A DNA stretch of 64,000 bases from Bdellovibrio sp. GTDB lineage: Bacteria; Bdellovibrionota; Bdellovibrionia; Bdellovibrionales; Bdellovibrionaceae. The stretch is taken from NCBI GenBank assembly GCA_036677065.1, contig JAKFBS010000001.1, positions 128,001 through 192,000 of the forward strand. The letters are read 5' to 3'. A program made the position numbers and the translations under genes. The notes beneath the pieces were generated by a model. The model ran no database searches, had not been told where the DNA came from, and worked only from the letters and a program-made list of their open reading frames with translations. Positions 34,464-43,898 of this stretch are shown here, piece by piece. How positions within the stretch are numbered: position 1 is the stretch's first letter; the number at the start of each line of letters is the position of its first letter.

Positions 34464-36032
34464 TTAAACTCCTTGGTACATGCGATCTTCGAATGCGGTC
34501 AGTGCAGCTTTTGCGCCTTCACCCATCGCGATCACAATTTGCTTAAATGGCGTAGTCGTAACATCGCCAGCCGCATAAATGTTTTTAGCAGAAGTGCGAC
34601 CTTTACTGTCTACTACAATTTCGCCGAACTTGTTAGTCTCAACGATATCTTTAGCAAATTGACTATTAGGTAATAATCCAATTTGTACGAACACGCCTTC
34701 TAAGGTTTCAGATTCAACAGTGTTGGTGTTGCGATCTAAATATTGTAAGGCAGTCACTTGTTGGCCATTGCCGATAACTTCGGTAGTTTTTGCCGAAGTT
34801 ATAATTTTAGCATTAGGTAAAGATTTAAGTTTTTCAACTAACACAGCGTCTGCTTTTAGTGTGTCGTTATATTCAAACAACACCACTTCGCTAACAATAC
34901 CTGCTAAATCAATCGCCGCTTCTACGCCAGAGTTTCCGCCGCCGATCACTGCGATTTTTTTACCTTTATAAAATGGACCATCACAGTGTGGGCAAAATGC
35001 GACGCCGCGACCAAGATACTCTTTTTCGCCAGGAATATTTAATTCGCGCCATTTGGCACCCGTTGAAATAATAATCGAACCAGCTTTTAAAAATTCACCG
35101 CTTTCCAAATGAATTACATTTTCAGCTTTATCAATTTTAGCAACTCGGCGATGTTCTAAAAGTTTTACCGGATAACTTAATACGTGTTGGTTTAACTGCG
35201 CCGCTAATTGTGGGCCTTCAGTGTAAACAACAGAAATTAAATTTTCGATACCTTTGGTGTCTTGTACTTGTCCGCCAAAGCGTTCAGCGATGAGTGCTGT
35301 CTTTAAGCCTTTGCGAACACTATAAATCGCAGCAGATGCCCCTGCTGGACCGCCGCCGATCACAACGACATCGTAATCGCCAAGATTAGCATCAGCACCA
35401 GAAATTTTGGCGCTAGATTCATCAAGGCCAAAAGTTTCTTCTAATGTTTTTAAAAGTTCGGCAAAATTCGCACGGCCTGAGTGAATCATTTTACCGTCAA
35501 CAACAACGCTAGGCACACCTTGTACACCAAGGCTTGCAATTTCATCTTGGGCGTAAGCGCCGTCGATAGTTTCATGTTGAAAATCATCATGAATAATAGC
35601 CATCAAGTTTAAAGCTTGAACGACGACCGGACAATTTTCGCAGTCTAAAGACATAAACGTTCTTACACGAATAGGTCCGCGTAAAGATTTAATACGTTGT
35701 AAAATCATCGCATCAGGAAGTTTACCTTTTCCGTCTGCGTTTAAAATTGCTAAAATTAAAGAGGTAAATTCATGACCTCCGGGAATACCCGTAAAAAATA
35801 CGCCAGTTGATTTTCCGTTTTTGTGAATGGTAAATCTTGGAGGCACATCAGCGGCTGCAGATGCGGGATCAAACTTTGCAGAAATTTTATCATTTGTTTC
35901 AGCTACGCCAGTTAACATTTCAACAAGTTCATTTTGATTGGCATTCGTGCTTTGTTCGTAAACTAGATCAATTTGATTTTCTAAATTTGCAAATACACTT
36001 TTGAGCTGTTCTTTTAAATCGGAATCTAACAT
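34464..36032 (-). CDS. ahpF: Alkyl hydroperoxide reductase subunit F
   Basis: GHEFTSLILA, CENC N-terminal domain, GGGPAG, CPHCDG, GGGNSGVEAA. Confidence 0.97.
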   Translation of the reverse strand: MLDSDLKEQLKSVFANLENQIDLVYEQSTNANQNELVEMLTGVAETNDKISAKFDPASAAADVPPRFTIHKNGKSTGVFFTGIPGGHEFTSLILAILNADGKGKLPDAMILQRIKSLRGPIRVRTFMSLDCENCPVVVQALNLMAIIHDDFQHETIDGAYAQDEIASLGVQGVPSVVVDGKMIHSGRANFAELLKTLEETFGLDESSAKISGADANLGDYDVVVIGGGPAGASAAIYSVRKGLKTALIAERFGGQVQDTKGIENLISVVYTEGPQLAAQLNQHVLSYPVKLLEHRRVAKIDKAENVIHLESGEFLKAGSIIISTGAKWRELNIPGEKEYLGRGVAFCPHCDGPFYKGKKIAVIGGGNSGVEAAIDLAGIVSEVVLFEYNDTLKADAVLVEKLKSLPNAKIITSAKTTEVIGNGQQVTALQYLDRNTNTVESETLEGVFVQIGLLPNSQFAKDIVETNKFGEIVVDSKGRTSAKNIYAAGDVTTTPFKQIVIAMGEGAKAALTAFEDRMYQGV

Positions 36033-36084
36033 AAGACCTCCTTGAGAGAACTAGAGAAAGAGAGAGAGAAGAAAAGAAGGAAGA

Positions 36085-36137
36085 GGTAGGCCCTGCCTTT
36101 TTGGGATGCGGCGCATGCCAAAAAGTAACGGCCTACC
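36085..36137. repeat. 53-nt palindromic REP-like hairpin between ahpC and ahpF
   Basis: GGTAGGCCCTGCCTTTTTGG-gatgcggcgcatg-CCAAAAAGTAACGGCCTACC; adjoins a ~30-nt purine run. Confidence 0.7.
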
Positions 36138-36146
36138 CAAAGAAAA

Positions 36147-36716
36147 CTAGATTTTACCAACTAGGTCTAAACCTGGTTTTAAAGTTTTCGCACCTGGAGT
36201 CCATTTAGCTGGGCAAACTTCATTCGGGTGAGCTGCTACGAATTGAGCGGCTTGAACTTTACGAAGTAATTCATCAGCGTTACGGCCGATACCGTTATCG
36301 TTAACTTCAGCTAATTTGATGTGACCTTCTGGATTAACTAAGAAAGTACCACGGTAAGCCATACCAGCGTCTTCAATGTAAACACCGAATGCGCGAGATA
36401 AGTGACCCGTTGGATCAGCTAACATCGGGTATTTGATTTTTTTGATAGTTTCAGAAGCGTCATGCCAAGCTTTGTGAGTGAAGTGAGTGTCTGTAGAAAC
36501 AGAGTAAACTTCGACGCCAAGTTTTTGAAATTCAGCATATTTATCAGCCATGTCGCCTAATTCTGTAGGACAAACAAATGTGAAATCTGCTGGATAGAAA
36601 AAGAAAACAGACCATTTACCGTTAAGGTCATTGCTGGTTACAGTTTTGAAACTGTTGTTATGGTAAGCTTGAACTTTGAAGTCCGTTACTTTTGTATTAA
36701 TTAATGTAGCTGCCAC
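36147..36716 (-). CDS. ahpC: Peroxiredoxin AhpC
   Basis: FYPADFTFVCPTEL, EVCPAKW, GLDLVGKI. Confidence 0.98.
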   Translation of the reverse strand: MAATLINTKVTDFKVQAYHNNSFKTVTSNDLNGKWSVFFFYPADFTFVCPTELGDMADKYAEFQKLGVEVYSVSTDTHFTHKAWHDASETIKKIKYPMLADPTGHLSRAFGVYIEDAGMAYRGTFLVNPEGHIKLAEVNDNGIGRNADELLRKVQAAQFVAAHPNEVCPAKWTPGAKTLKPGLDLVGKI

Positions 36717-36793
36717 GAGGGCCCCCTTTTGTGTTTGTTATTGGTTGTTTATAAAACCGAATAAATCTTATTAAGTTAATACTGCCAGCACAA

Positions 36794-36838
36794 ATATATA
36801 AAATCTATGTTATTTGAATCAATATAGATATAATCTAT
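36794..36838. promoter_or_regulatory. OxyR-like operator upstream of ahpC
   Basis: ATAG-N7-CTAT at 36824-36838 and ATAT-N7-CTAT at 36794-36808. Confidence 0.6.
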
Positions 36839-37022
36839 ATTGCCTAAGACAGACCTTATTGAAACCAGGACTTTTGGGGCAAAATTGTCGAACTGCTGCA
36901 CAGTAAATTAAAAGTTCTTCTTAAAATAAGATTCTGAGGTTAGAGATTATATCTCTTAAATAAAAACATATAAGATTAATAAAACGCCATTAGTGCTTGA
37001 AGACAATACGGAGGTTTTCACA

Positions 37023-37523
37023 ATGATTTTACGCAGGTTATATATAGTTCTATCGTTAAGTGCCACTCTGTTCTGCTTACCGAAAGCGTTAGCTCAAAAC
37101 GCTGTGGGTATCACTATCGGAGGCCCGACTTATATTCACTTTACCCATGGTCTTGGCGGTCCTGCAGCAGTCGAAGCTGGGATTTCTTTTTCATATAATC
37201 ATGCAACTCATATTTATGGAGACTATTTAATAGAAACACATGCTCCATTACGTAGCCCGCAATTAAATGATGTCGGTTTATTTTATGGTATCGGAGGAAT
37301 GATCGTTATTACGAATGATGATCACTATCATCATCGCAAAGATGGTTATTATGGAGACGACGGCGATGTAGGGTTTGGCGTGCGTTTTCCGCTAGGTTTA
37401 GACTGGCGTCCGGTGAAAGCCCAGAATTTTAGTTTTCATATAGAGATCGTGCCGATTATTGCCGTAGTTCCTGAAACTGAATTAGAATTTAATGCGGGCC
37501 TTGGATTAAAATATCACTTTTAG
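37023..37523 (+). CDS. Small outer-membrane beta-barrel protein
   Basis: Signal peptide, alternating beta strands (FYGIGG, GVRFPLGLDW), C-terminal GLKYHF. Confidence 0.75.
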   Translation: MILRRLYIVLSLSATLFCLPKALAQNAVGITIGGPTYIHFTHGLGGPAAVEAGISFSYNHATHIYGDYLIETHAPLRSPQLNDVGLFYGIGGMIVITNDDHYHHRKDGYYGDDGDVGFGVRFPLGLDWRPVKAQNFSFHIEIVPIIAVVPETELEFNAGLGLKYHF

Positions 37524-37524
37524 C

Positions 37525-37540
37525 TGGTCAGCAATTTGCT
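37525..37540 (+). promoter_or_regulatory. Possible sigma54 (-24/-12) promoter
   Basis: TGG-tcagcaat-TTGCT (GG-N10-GC) about 35 nt before ATG 37575. Confidence 0.35.
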
Positions 37541-37574
37541 TCTTTGAAAAAGAAAACTACCAAAGAGGCAATAC

Positions 37575-37934
37575 ATGACAATTCAAATTATTTTACTAGC
37601 AGCAGCAACAACGGTTGGTGCCAAGCTTTTCGCGCAACCGGCTACGGTTAGCAGCCCTGCTGCTTCAGCCCCGGCTATTATGCAAGATTCGACAACTAAA
37701 ACCGATTCAGATCTGAAAACGACGAGCGAAAGTTTACCGGGAAGTATTGGCAAAAAACCAACGACACCGAATACATCTGCAGAAGGTGTGGGTGAAAGAA
37801 AAGGTCAAACAGATCCATCGGGGCCACATAGTTACATAGGTTCGCGCGCGCGCGGTAAAGCATTGCAAACGGATAAGTTTCCACGTCCGCCGGTGCCAGC
37901 TTCGGGAACGACACAGCCAAAATCGAAATATTAG
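37575..37934 (+). CDS. Hypothetical exported low-complexity protein
   Basis: Hydrophobic N-terminus, then Pro/Thr/Ser-rich disordered sequence. Confidence 0.55.
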   Translation: MTIQIILLAAATTVGAKLFAQPATVSSPAASAPAIMQDSTTKTDSDLKTTSESLPGSIGKKPTTPNTSAEGVGERKGQTDPSGPHSYIGSRARGKALQTDKFPRPPVPASGTTQPKSKY

Positions 37935-39277
37935 ATTTTCGCGTTCTTAAATAAAACCTTTAGTGCTCCTAAACAGTGGCGATCAACGCGTCCGCCGTAA
38001 ATTTTTTCCATATGAGCGATAACAATCAGAGCAGGCTTTCCGGAACCATTAGACCCTGCTAAAGCATGTTCGATAAAGATATTCGCACATTGCAAAATTT
38101 TTGACATAGGATGAAGAGCCAACTTTTCTTTTCTTAAAGGATATCCCAGGCCTTCTAAGTCTTCGTGATGTTCAGAGACCATCTGCACCACATCAGAAGA
38201 AACGTTAGGTAAAGCATTTAGAATTTCTTGTCCACGCATAGCATGGCTTTCGATCATTTGTCGTTCTTCTCTAGAAACCAGATGGCGGGGTTTATCTAAA
38301 ATTTCGCGATCGATTTCTTTTTTTCCAATATCATGAAACAGGCCAGCCATGGTTATTTTTGCCAGCGCTGCGTTGGATTCAAAACCCAATTGTTTGGCAA
38401 TCATGACTGAATACATGGCTACCCCTAATGAGTGGGCATAAACATGATCAGAGTGAGAATTTAGTAAATTTAATAAATCAAAGTTTTCGGGTGATTCAGT
38501 AATGGCATCCAAAGTAATTTCGGTAAAGGTTTTAGCTTCTTGTAAGCTGCTTTTATCAAGACCATCAACAAATGTTCTTTCTAATAAAATTTCGCCGGTG
38601 TATTTCAAAAAATTTAACTTTTTTTGAATCGAAATATCAGAGCGATTTTTAATAATGTTCGCCAGACCTAAATTAAATTGAACTAGCTTACTAAAATCTT
38701 CTTTGCGAATAAACAAATATTTTACGCCTTTTTCTTTGTAATGGTTTACCTTCTCTTTAGGGATTTCTTCGCCCTGATGAGCAATTTTAATATATTTGGT
38801 TTCTGAGAGCTTAATGTAAACATCAAAATCAATTTTTGATTTGGCGACAAACTCTTCAATTGAAACTTTACAAAATTCTTTAGCGATTTCTTCGACAGCA
38901 AATTGTTTGGGTTCTGGTGTTATTCCTAAAACAGAATCAACAAGAGTTAACAATTCCAGGTTTTTAAACGGCTTGGCAATAAAACCTTTGGCTCCTAAAT
39001 CAAAAGCAGATTTAGTTTCAAGCACCATAGAAAAACCGGTCATAATAATAAATGGAACCTCAGGCTTATACTGTCGTGCCCACTCTAAGAGCTCTAAACC
39101 GGTAAGTCCGGGCATCTGAATGTCGGTTAAAACCACATCAACGGTTTGCATAGCAAGGATCTCTTTTGCGGATTTACCATTGGGAGATTCTAAAACAGTA
39201 AATTTTTTCTTTAATAAATCGCGCAGCGCCTCACGAAAAAAATTATCATCTTCAACAATCAAAATCTTTTTTAACAT
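37931..39277 (-). CDS. Response regulator with HD-GYP domain
   Basis: REC (VEDD, TDIQMP, MTG, KP); HSLGV, FHDIGK, HHEDLEGLGYP. Confidence 0.92.
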   Translation of the reverse strand: MLKKILIVEDDNFFREALRDLLKKKFTVLESPNGKSAKEILAMQTVDVVLTDIQMPGLTGLELLEWARQYKPEVPFIIMTGFSMVLETKSAFDLGAKGFIAKPFKNLELLTLVDSVLGITPEPKQFAVEEIAKEFCKVSIEEFVAKSKIDFDVYIKLSETKYIKIAHQGEEIPKEKVNHYKEKGVKYLFIRKEDFSKLVQFNLGLANIIKNRSDISIQKKLNFLKYTGEILLERTFVDGLDKSSLQEAKTFTEITLDAITESPENFDLLNLLNSHSDHVYAHSLGVAMYSVMIAKQLGFESNAALAKITMAGLFHDIGKKEIDREILDKPRHLVSREERQMIESHAMRGQEILNALPNVSSDVVQMVSEHHEDLEGLGYPLRKEKLALHPMSKILQCANIFIEHALAGSNGSGKPALIVIAHMEKIYGGRVDRHCLGALKVLFKNAKI

Positions 39278-39410
39278 ACGATAACCTCTAGATAAGTATT
39301 CTCTAATAAAAAGTTATCCGCTAGGCCAGTTGCAGAGCGTTCTCGACTTAGAGAGTGTTTTAAATTCAGGAGTATCGGATAGAAGCAGTTTTATTTATAC
39401 TTTTTTAAGC

Positions 39411-40382
39411 ATGAAAAAATATTTACTTTTCTTTATTTTTTGTATTTCTCAAGACTTATATGCAGAGAATATTAAAGATGAACCTATAAAACCAATCCGC
39501 GCTCTATCTTCGCAAGCTTCAGAGGAGAAAATCAGATTGGGCTTGGAGTTATTTCAAGAAAAAAAGCTCTCAGCAAACAACACAATTTCTTGTGCCAGTT
39601 GCCATAATCTATTTCGTGGCGGTGTTGATAACCTGAATCGCTCAATTGGCATTAATGGCGCGGTTGGAGACATAAACTCACCAACAGTTTTTAACAGTGG
39701 TTTAAATTTTGTTCAGTTTTGGGATGGGCGCGCAAAAACTCTGGAAGACCAGATGGATGGCCCGATTCAACATCCGAAAGAAATGGGTACGACATGGGCG
39801 CATGTTGTAGAAAAAATTAAACAAGACACTAAATACAAAGCACGTTTTTCTGCGCAATACCGTGATGGAGTTACAGCAAAAAATATTAAAGACGCGATTG
39901 CCAGTTTTGAACGAGCATTAATAACACCCAACTCTAAGTTTGATAAGTATCTTGCTGGTGACGGCAAGGCTTTAACCGAAAAAGAAATTCTAGGATACAA
40001 CCGCTTTAAATCTTTAGGCTGTATTGCCTGTCATCAAGGGCAAAATGTCGGCGGCAATATGTTTCAAACTATGGGAATCATGGGAGACTACTTCAAAGAC
40101 CGTAAAGGCATGCCGCTTAACGAACATGATCTTGGGCGTTTTAACGTCACCCAGCGTGAACAGGATAAATACGTTTTTCGGGTACCAAGTCTTAGAAATG
40201 TCGAACTGACATCGCCGTATTTTCATGATGGCTATGCTAAAACACTTAACGATGCTGTGTTAATTATGGGGCGCTATCAATTAGGACAAACACTTTCAAA
40301 AGAAGATGCGGATGCAATCGTGGCTTTTTTAAAAACCTTAACCGGAGAACTTCCGGTCGTATTAAAGGAAACCAGCAAATGA
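39411..40382 (+). CDS. Di-heme cytochrome c peroxidase (CCP/MauG family)
   Basis: CASCH and CIACH heme motifs, NSPTVFNS, QFWDGR, PSLRNVELT.PYFHDG; signal peptide from ATG 39411. Confidence 0.95.
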   Translation: MKKYLLFFIFCISQDLYAENIKDEPIKPIRALSSQASEEKIRLGLELFQEKKLSANNTISCASCHNLFRGGVDNLNRSIGINGAVGDINSPTVFNSGLNFVQFWDGRAKTLEDQMDGPIQHPKEMGTTWAHVVEKIKQDTKYKARFSAQYRDGVTAKNIKDAIASFERALITPNSKFDKYLAGDGKALTEKEILGYNRFKSLGCIACHQGQNVGGNMFQTMGIMGDYFKDRKGMPLNEHDLGRFNVTQREQDKYVFRVPSLRNVELTSPYFHDGYAKTLNDAVLIMGRYQLGQTLSKEDADAIVAFLKTLTGELPVVLKETSK

Positions 40383-42001
40383 AAAGATACTTAGCGCTTT
40401 TCATCAGTAGTCTATTAAGTCTTGCGGGTCTTGGCTATGTTTACCTTCATTCGCGAGGCACTCTCAGAGACAGTCACCAGGAAATTGTCGATCTTTTAAA
40501 TGCTACAAAACAAAGTGAAGTCGAAATTAATCAAGATATTTTGCGCGTTCAGAATTTTTTGCTTCAAGATTATGACTCTATTGCCAAAGAAAAAGAAAAC
40601 TTAGAAGAATTTTGTGCGCCTGACAATGCAATAGCCAAATCGCATCCGACAGAAGGATCAAATTTTCAAATGTATTTTAAAGAATATTGTCAGGCTGTAG
40701 ACGCAAAAATTCTGGCAATTGAAGATTTTAAGTCAATTAATTCAGTTTATAAAAATTCGCTGCTTTTTTTACACGGACAAGCGATTGAATGGCAAAGTAA
40801 GACTCTTTTTACTCAATTACCACCGGCCGAAAAACTTAGAAGGCAGCTAACTTATATTGCTTTGACCTATGGTTTACTTTCGGATGCAAACACAAAAGCC
40901 TTAGCTAATGCCCGAAAAGAATATTTTTTAGCGCAAAAATTTCCTCAACATATTATTTCTGAGCATGCGTTAAAGCTGATCGATATTAAACCGCGCCGCC
41001 TTCAGGCAACACTGGAAATCGTCGAGGCACCAACACGTCAGATTTTTGAAAAACTAAGACAGTCTTACTTTGAAGAATTTCAAAAAGAGCAAAAACAAAC
41101 TTTATTTTTTCAAAATCTATTATTAGGACTTTGTTTAACGCTGATTGGTTTTGTGATTTTCAATGTTATTAAAATTTGGCAAGTGGCCAGAGCGTTACAT
41201 CACGCGAATACACATCTGGAAGAGCGCGTTCGCGCCCGCACAGAAGAACTATTGGTTTCACAACAAACCATTGTTGAACAACAGCAAACGTTAGCCTTAA
41301 CTTCAAAAATGTCGGCCTTGGGTGAAATGGCCGGTGGCGTAGCACATGAAATCAACACACCATTAGCCGTTATTCAAATGCGAACAGAACAAGTGCTGGA
41401 AAACTTAGAAGAAGACGAGTTAGATAAAGAACTATTAGCAAATGCTCTGCGCGCTATCGACGACACGGTAAAAAGGATTGCTAAAATTATCAATGGATTA
41501 CGTTCTTTTGCGCGCGACGGGCGCAAAGACCCGATCAGTTCATATTCAATCTCAAAAATAGTTGATGAAACATTTAGCCTATGCCGTGAACGCTTTAATA
41601 ATCATGGGGTTCAGCTCGAATATATTTGTAAGCAAGACGTAGAAATTCTATGTCGCTCAGTAGAAATCTCGCAAGTGCTGTTGAACTTATTGAATAACTC
41701 TTATGACGCCATTCAAGGTTTTTCAGACAAATGGGTTAAGATTGAACTTATTGAGCAAGCAGATGTGGTCCTTCTTAGCGTCAGTGACTGTGGTCAGGGT
41801 ATTCCTCAGGAAATCCGAGATAAAATGATGCAGCCATTTTTCACGACTAAAGAAATCGGTAAAGGCACCGGCCTTGGGCTTAGTATATCGCGTGGAATTA
41901 TTGAAAGCCACGGGGGAAGTCTTCAGATCAACAGCGCTTCTGCCAATACTGAAATTATCATTACATTACCTCGGCGAGCGGTATCGGATCATGTCGCCTG
42001 A
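40379..42001 (+). CDS. Membrane sensor histidine kinase with all-helical (DAHL-like) periplasmic domain
   Basis: Two TM segments around a helical domain (INQDILR..QDYD, IEDFKS.NSVYKNSL); AHEINTPL, N, G1, F and G2 boxes; ATGA overlap with the CCP stop. Confidence 0.9.
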   Translation: MKRYLALFISSLLSLAGLGYVYLHSRGTLRDSHQEIVDLLNATKQSEVEINQDILRVQNFLLQDYDSIAKEKENLEEFCAPDNAIAKSHPTEGSNFQMYFKEYCQAVDAKILAIEDFKSINSVYKNSLLFLHGQAIEWQSKTLFTQLPPAEKLRRQLTYIALTYGLLSDANTKALANARKEYFLAQKFPQHIISEHALKLIDIKPRRLQATLEIVEAPTRQIFEKLRQSYFEEFQKEQKQTLFFQNLLLGLCLTLIGFVIFNVIKIWQVARALHHANTHLEERVRARTEELLVSQQTIVEQQQTLALTSKMSALGEMAGGVAHEINTPLAVIQMRTEQVLENLEEDELDKELLANALRAIDDTVKRIAKIINGLRSFARDGRKDPISSYSISKIVDETFSLCRERFNNHGVQLEYICKQDVEILCRSVEISQVLLNLLNNSYDAIQGFSDKWVKIELIEQADVVLLSVSDCGQGIPQEIRDKMMQPFFTTKEIGKGTGLGLSISRGIIESHGGSLQINSASANTEIIITLPRRAVSDHVA

Positions 42002-42387
42002 AGCAGCAGTTCACACGAACTTTCAAGAAGGCCTAACATTTGTTGTCTGTTAATGGGTTTTTCAATAAGTGCATGAGCGCCCAGGTTCAAAGCTTCGAGT
42101 TCACTAAGATCTGCAAATCCCGTTGCAAGCACGACTATGGGTACATTAGGCTTTATTTTTTTGATCTCTTTAAGCATATCTACTCCGTTGCCATTGGGCA
42201 TACGCACATCCGATATAACAATCTCTATTGGATTTGCTTTTACGATTTCAACCGCATCAGCACCACACGCAGCTTCGAAGATTATACATCCACGTCGTTT
42301 AAGGTCAAAAATCATGGCCTGTCTTAGATCAAAGTCATCGTCTACAACGAGGACGTTTCTTCCCTTGAGGGGAGATTCTTTCTTCAA
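41989..42387 (-). CDS. Single-domain response regulator
   Basis: VVDDD, SDVRMP, ATG, EKP; TTG start with an AGGAG SD. Confidence 0.9.
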   Translation of the reverse strand: MKKESPLKGRNVLVVDDDFDLRQAMIFDLKRRGCIIFEAACGADAVEIVKANPIEIVISDVRMPNGNGVDMLKEIKKIKPNVPIVVLATGFADLSELEALNLGAHALIEKPINRQQMLGLLESSCELLLQAT

Positions 42388-42496
42388 TTGGCAACTCCTT
42401 GTGTTGAAAAATCCTCGTATTTCTTCCTCTAACTGATCGGTATTTTTCTTCAGGAACTCAAGGTATTTGCTTAGACATAGAGCCAGGTTTGTTGCA

Positions 42497-42528
42497 AAAA
42501 AAAACCCTCGGATTTCTCCAAGGGTTTT
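42497..42528 (-). terminator. Terminator after tRNA-Asn
   Basis: Hairpin AAAACCCT...AGGGTTTT with a U run on the minus strand. Confidence 0.65.
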
Positions 42529-42552
42529 AAGATTGTTCGAACCAAAATAAAA

Positions 42553-42628
42553 TGGCTCAGAAGGCAGGACTCGAACCTGCGACCAAGCGGTTAACAGCCG
42601 CTTGCTCTACCAACTGAGCTACTTCTGA
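42553..42628 (-). tRNA. tRNA-Asn (GTT)
   Basis: TCAGAAGTAGCTCAGTTGGTAGAGC...GCGGCT-GTT-AACCGC...GGTTCGAGTCC...CTTCTGAGCCA. Confidence 0.97.
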
Positions 42629-42653
42629 ACAACTGGCAATCAAACTAACGAAT

Positions 42654-43088
42654 TCAGTGGCCTTCGTCAAGAAGCTCTCGACTCAATTTTTTCGATTTAA
42701 AGGGAAGCCCCGCGGCTCTGAACACTTTCAAGGCTTTGTCCCACTCTAACTTCACTAAAGACGCTTGCGAATCTGTCGCAAAGGCTAAATCGCGCCAGTT
42801 TGCGTTGCTCATTTCGGCCTCTGATAGCGGTTCAAGATCCACCTTACAGAACTTTTTACGAAGAGCATGGTCAGTCCATTTTTTATATTTAGCTTTAAGC
42901 TTGGCCTCTTGCCACTTCACGGTGCCCGTATTTTCAGAACACCATTGAAACGAGGCCACAGATTTTGTGATTTCGGCCATATCGGGCTGATGATTTGAAT
43001 TCACGTTTGTAAGATAGCCTTTAAAAAGAAATATGCTTACAAGACCGACAACAAGGATACCAATTTTGAAGATAAGTTTTTTGCTCAC
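42654..43088 (-). CDS. Hypothetical membrane-anchored protein
   Basis: 144 aa, N-terminal TM helix, two Cys. Confidence 0.65.
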   Translation of the reverse strand: MSKKLIFKIGILVVGLVSIFLFKGYLTNVNSNHQPDMAEITKSVASFQWCSENTGTVKWQEAKLKAKYKKWTDHALRKKFCKVDLEPLSEAEMSNANWRDLAFATDSQASLVKLEWDKALKVFRAAGLPFKSKKLSRELLDEGH

Positions 43089-43198
43089 TCAATTAGTCTA
43101 GGTAAATTTTAAGAGTATAGGAAGTAGTAAGTTCTGACCTTTGGTCGGATTGTCTGCTGCAAGGCAAATTGTTACCGTATTAATAGCAGGAGTAATGC

Positions 43199-43840
43199 AT
43201 GCAATTAAGGCACAGTTTGACTTGTTTATTCACAGTAATTGGTTTGATTTTACCGTTATCAGCGAAAGCCGCAAATGGGTTCGGTGGAGAGATTTTATTT
43301 TCGCCACAATTTGGAGGCACTGACTTCGATCAAACAACTGGGCCAGTAAAACACAGTCGCTCTTGGAACTTTGGTAACAACTGGGGTTTTTCGGCAGTTG
43401 TAAAAGCAGCTTATCATGGCGATATCATATCGGCAGGTTTAGGTGCAGATATTGGGTGGAAAACCGAAGCCGTTCAGCACACTCAAAACAATGTAGTTGG
43501 AGAATATGATTATCAGTTATTTCGTGCCTATGTTGGCCCATATATGACATTCGGAAAAATGGTTCATCTGTATCTAGGTTATGATCCTCTTGTGTATTCA
43601 AAAGTAACGTACACGGATAATGAACACTTAAATCCATTTAGAAAAGAAGACACTCTTAAAGGCTACGCTTATATGGCAGGTTTTGGAGTTAACAAAGACG
43701 ACGTGATTTTTCGTATCTTGGGCCGAACAACGATTTACGACAGCGTGAAAATGAGTGGAACTGAGCGAGATCTGCCTGATTCAGAATTTTCAAAAATGGA
43801 TACGGGCGAACTTCTTTTCCAGTTCGGACAAAGATTTTAA
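43199..43840 (+). CDS. Outer-membrane beta-barrel-like protein
   Basis: SD AGGAG, signal peptide, Gly/aromatic beta strands, C-terminal FGQRF. Confidence 0.75.
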   Translation: MQLRHSLTCLFTVIGLILPLSAKAANGFGGEILFSPQFGGTDFDQTTGPVKHSRSWNFGNNWGFSAVVKAAYHGDIISAGLGADIGWKTEAVQHTQNNVVGEYDYQLFRAYVGPYMTFGKMVHLYLGYDPLVYSKVTYTDNEHLNPFRKEDTLKGYAYMAGFGVNKDDVIFRILGRTTIYDSVKMSGTERDLPDSEFSKMDTGELLFQFGQRF

Positions 43841-43898
43841 GATTTCATCAAATTTTGGTGAATTATAAGGCAACTGTTGGTTGCTTTTGGAACAAAAA

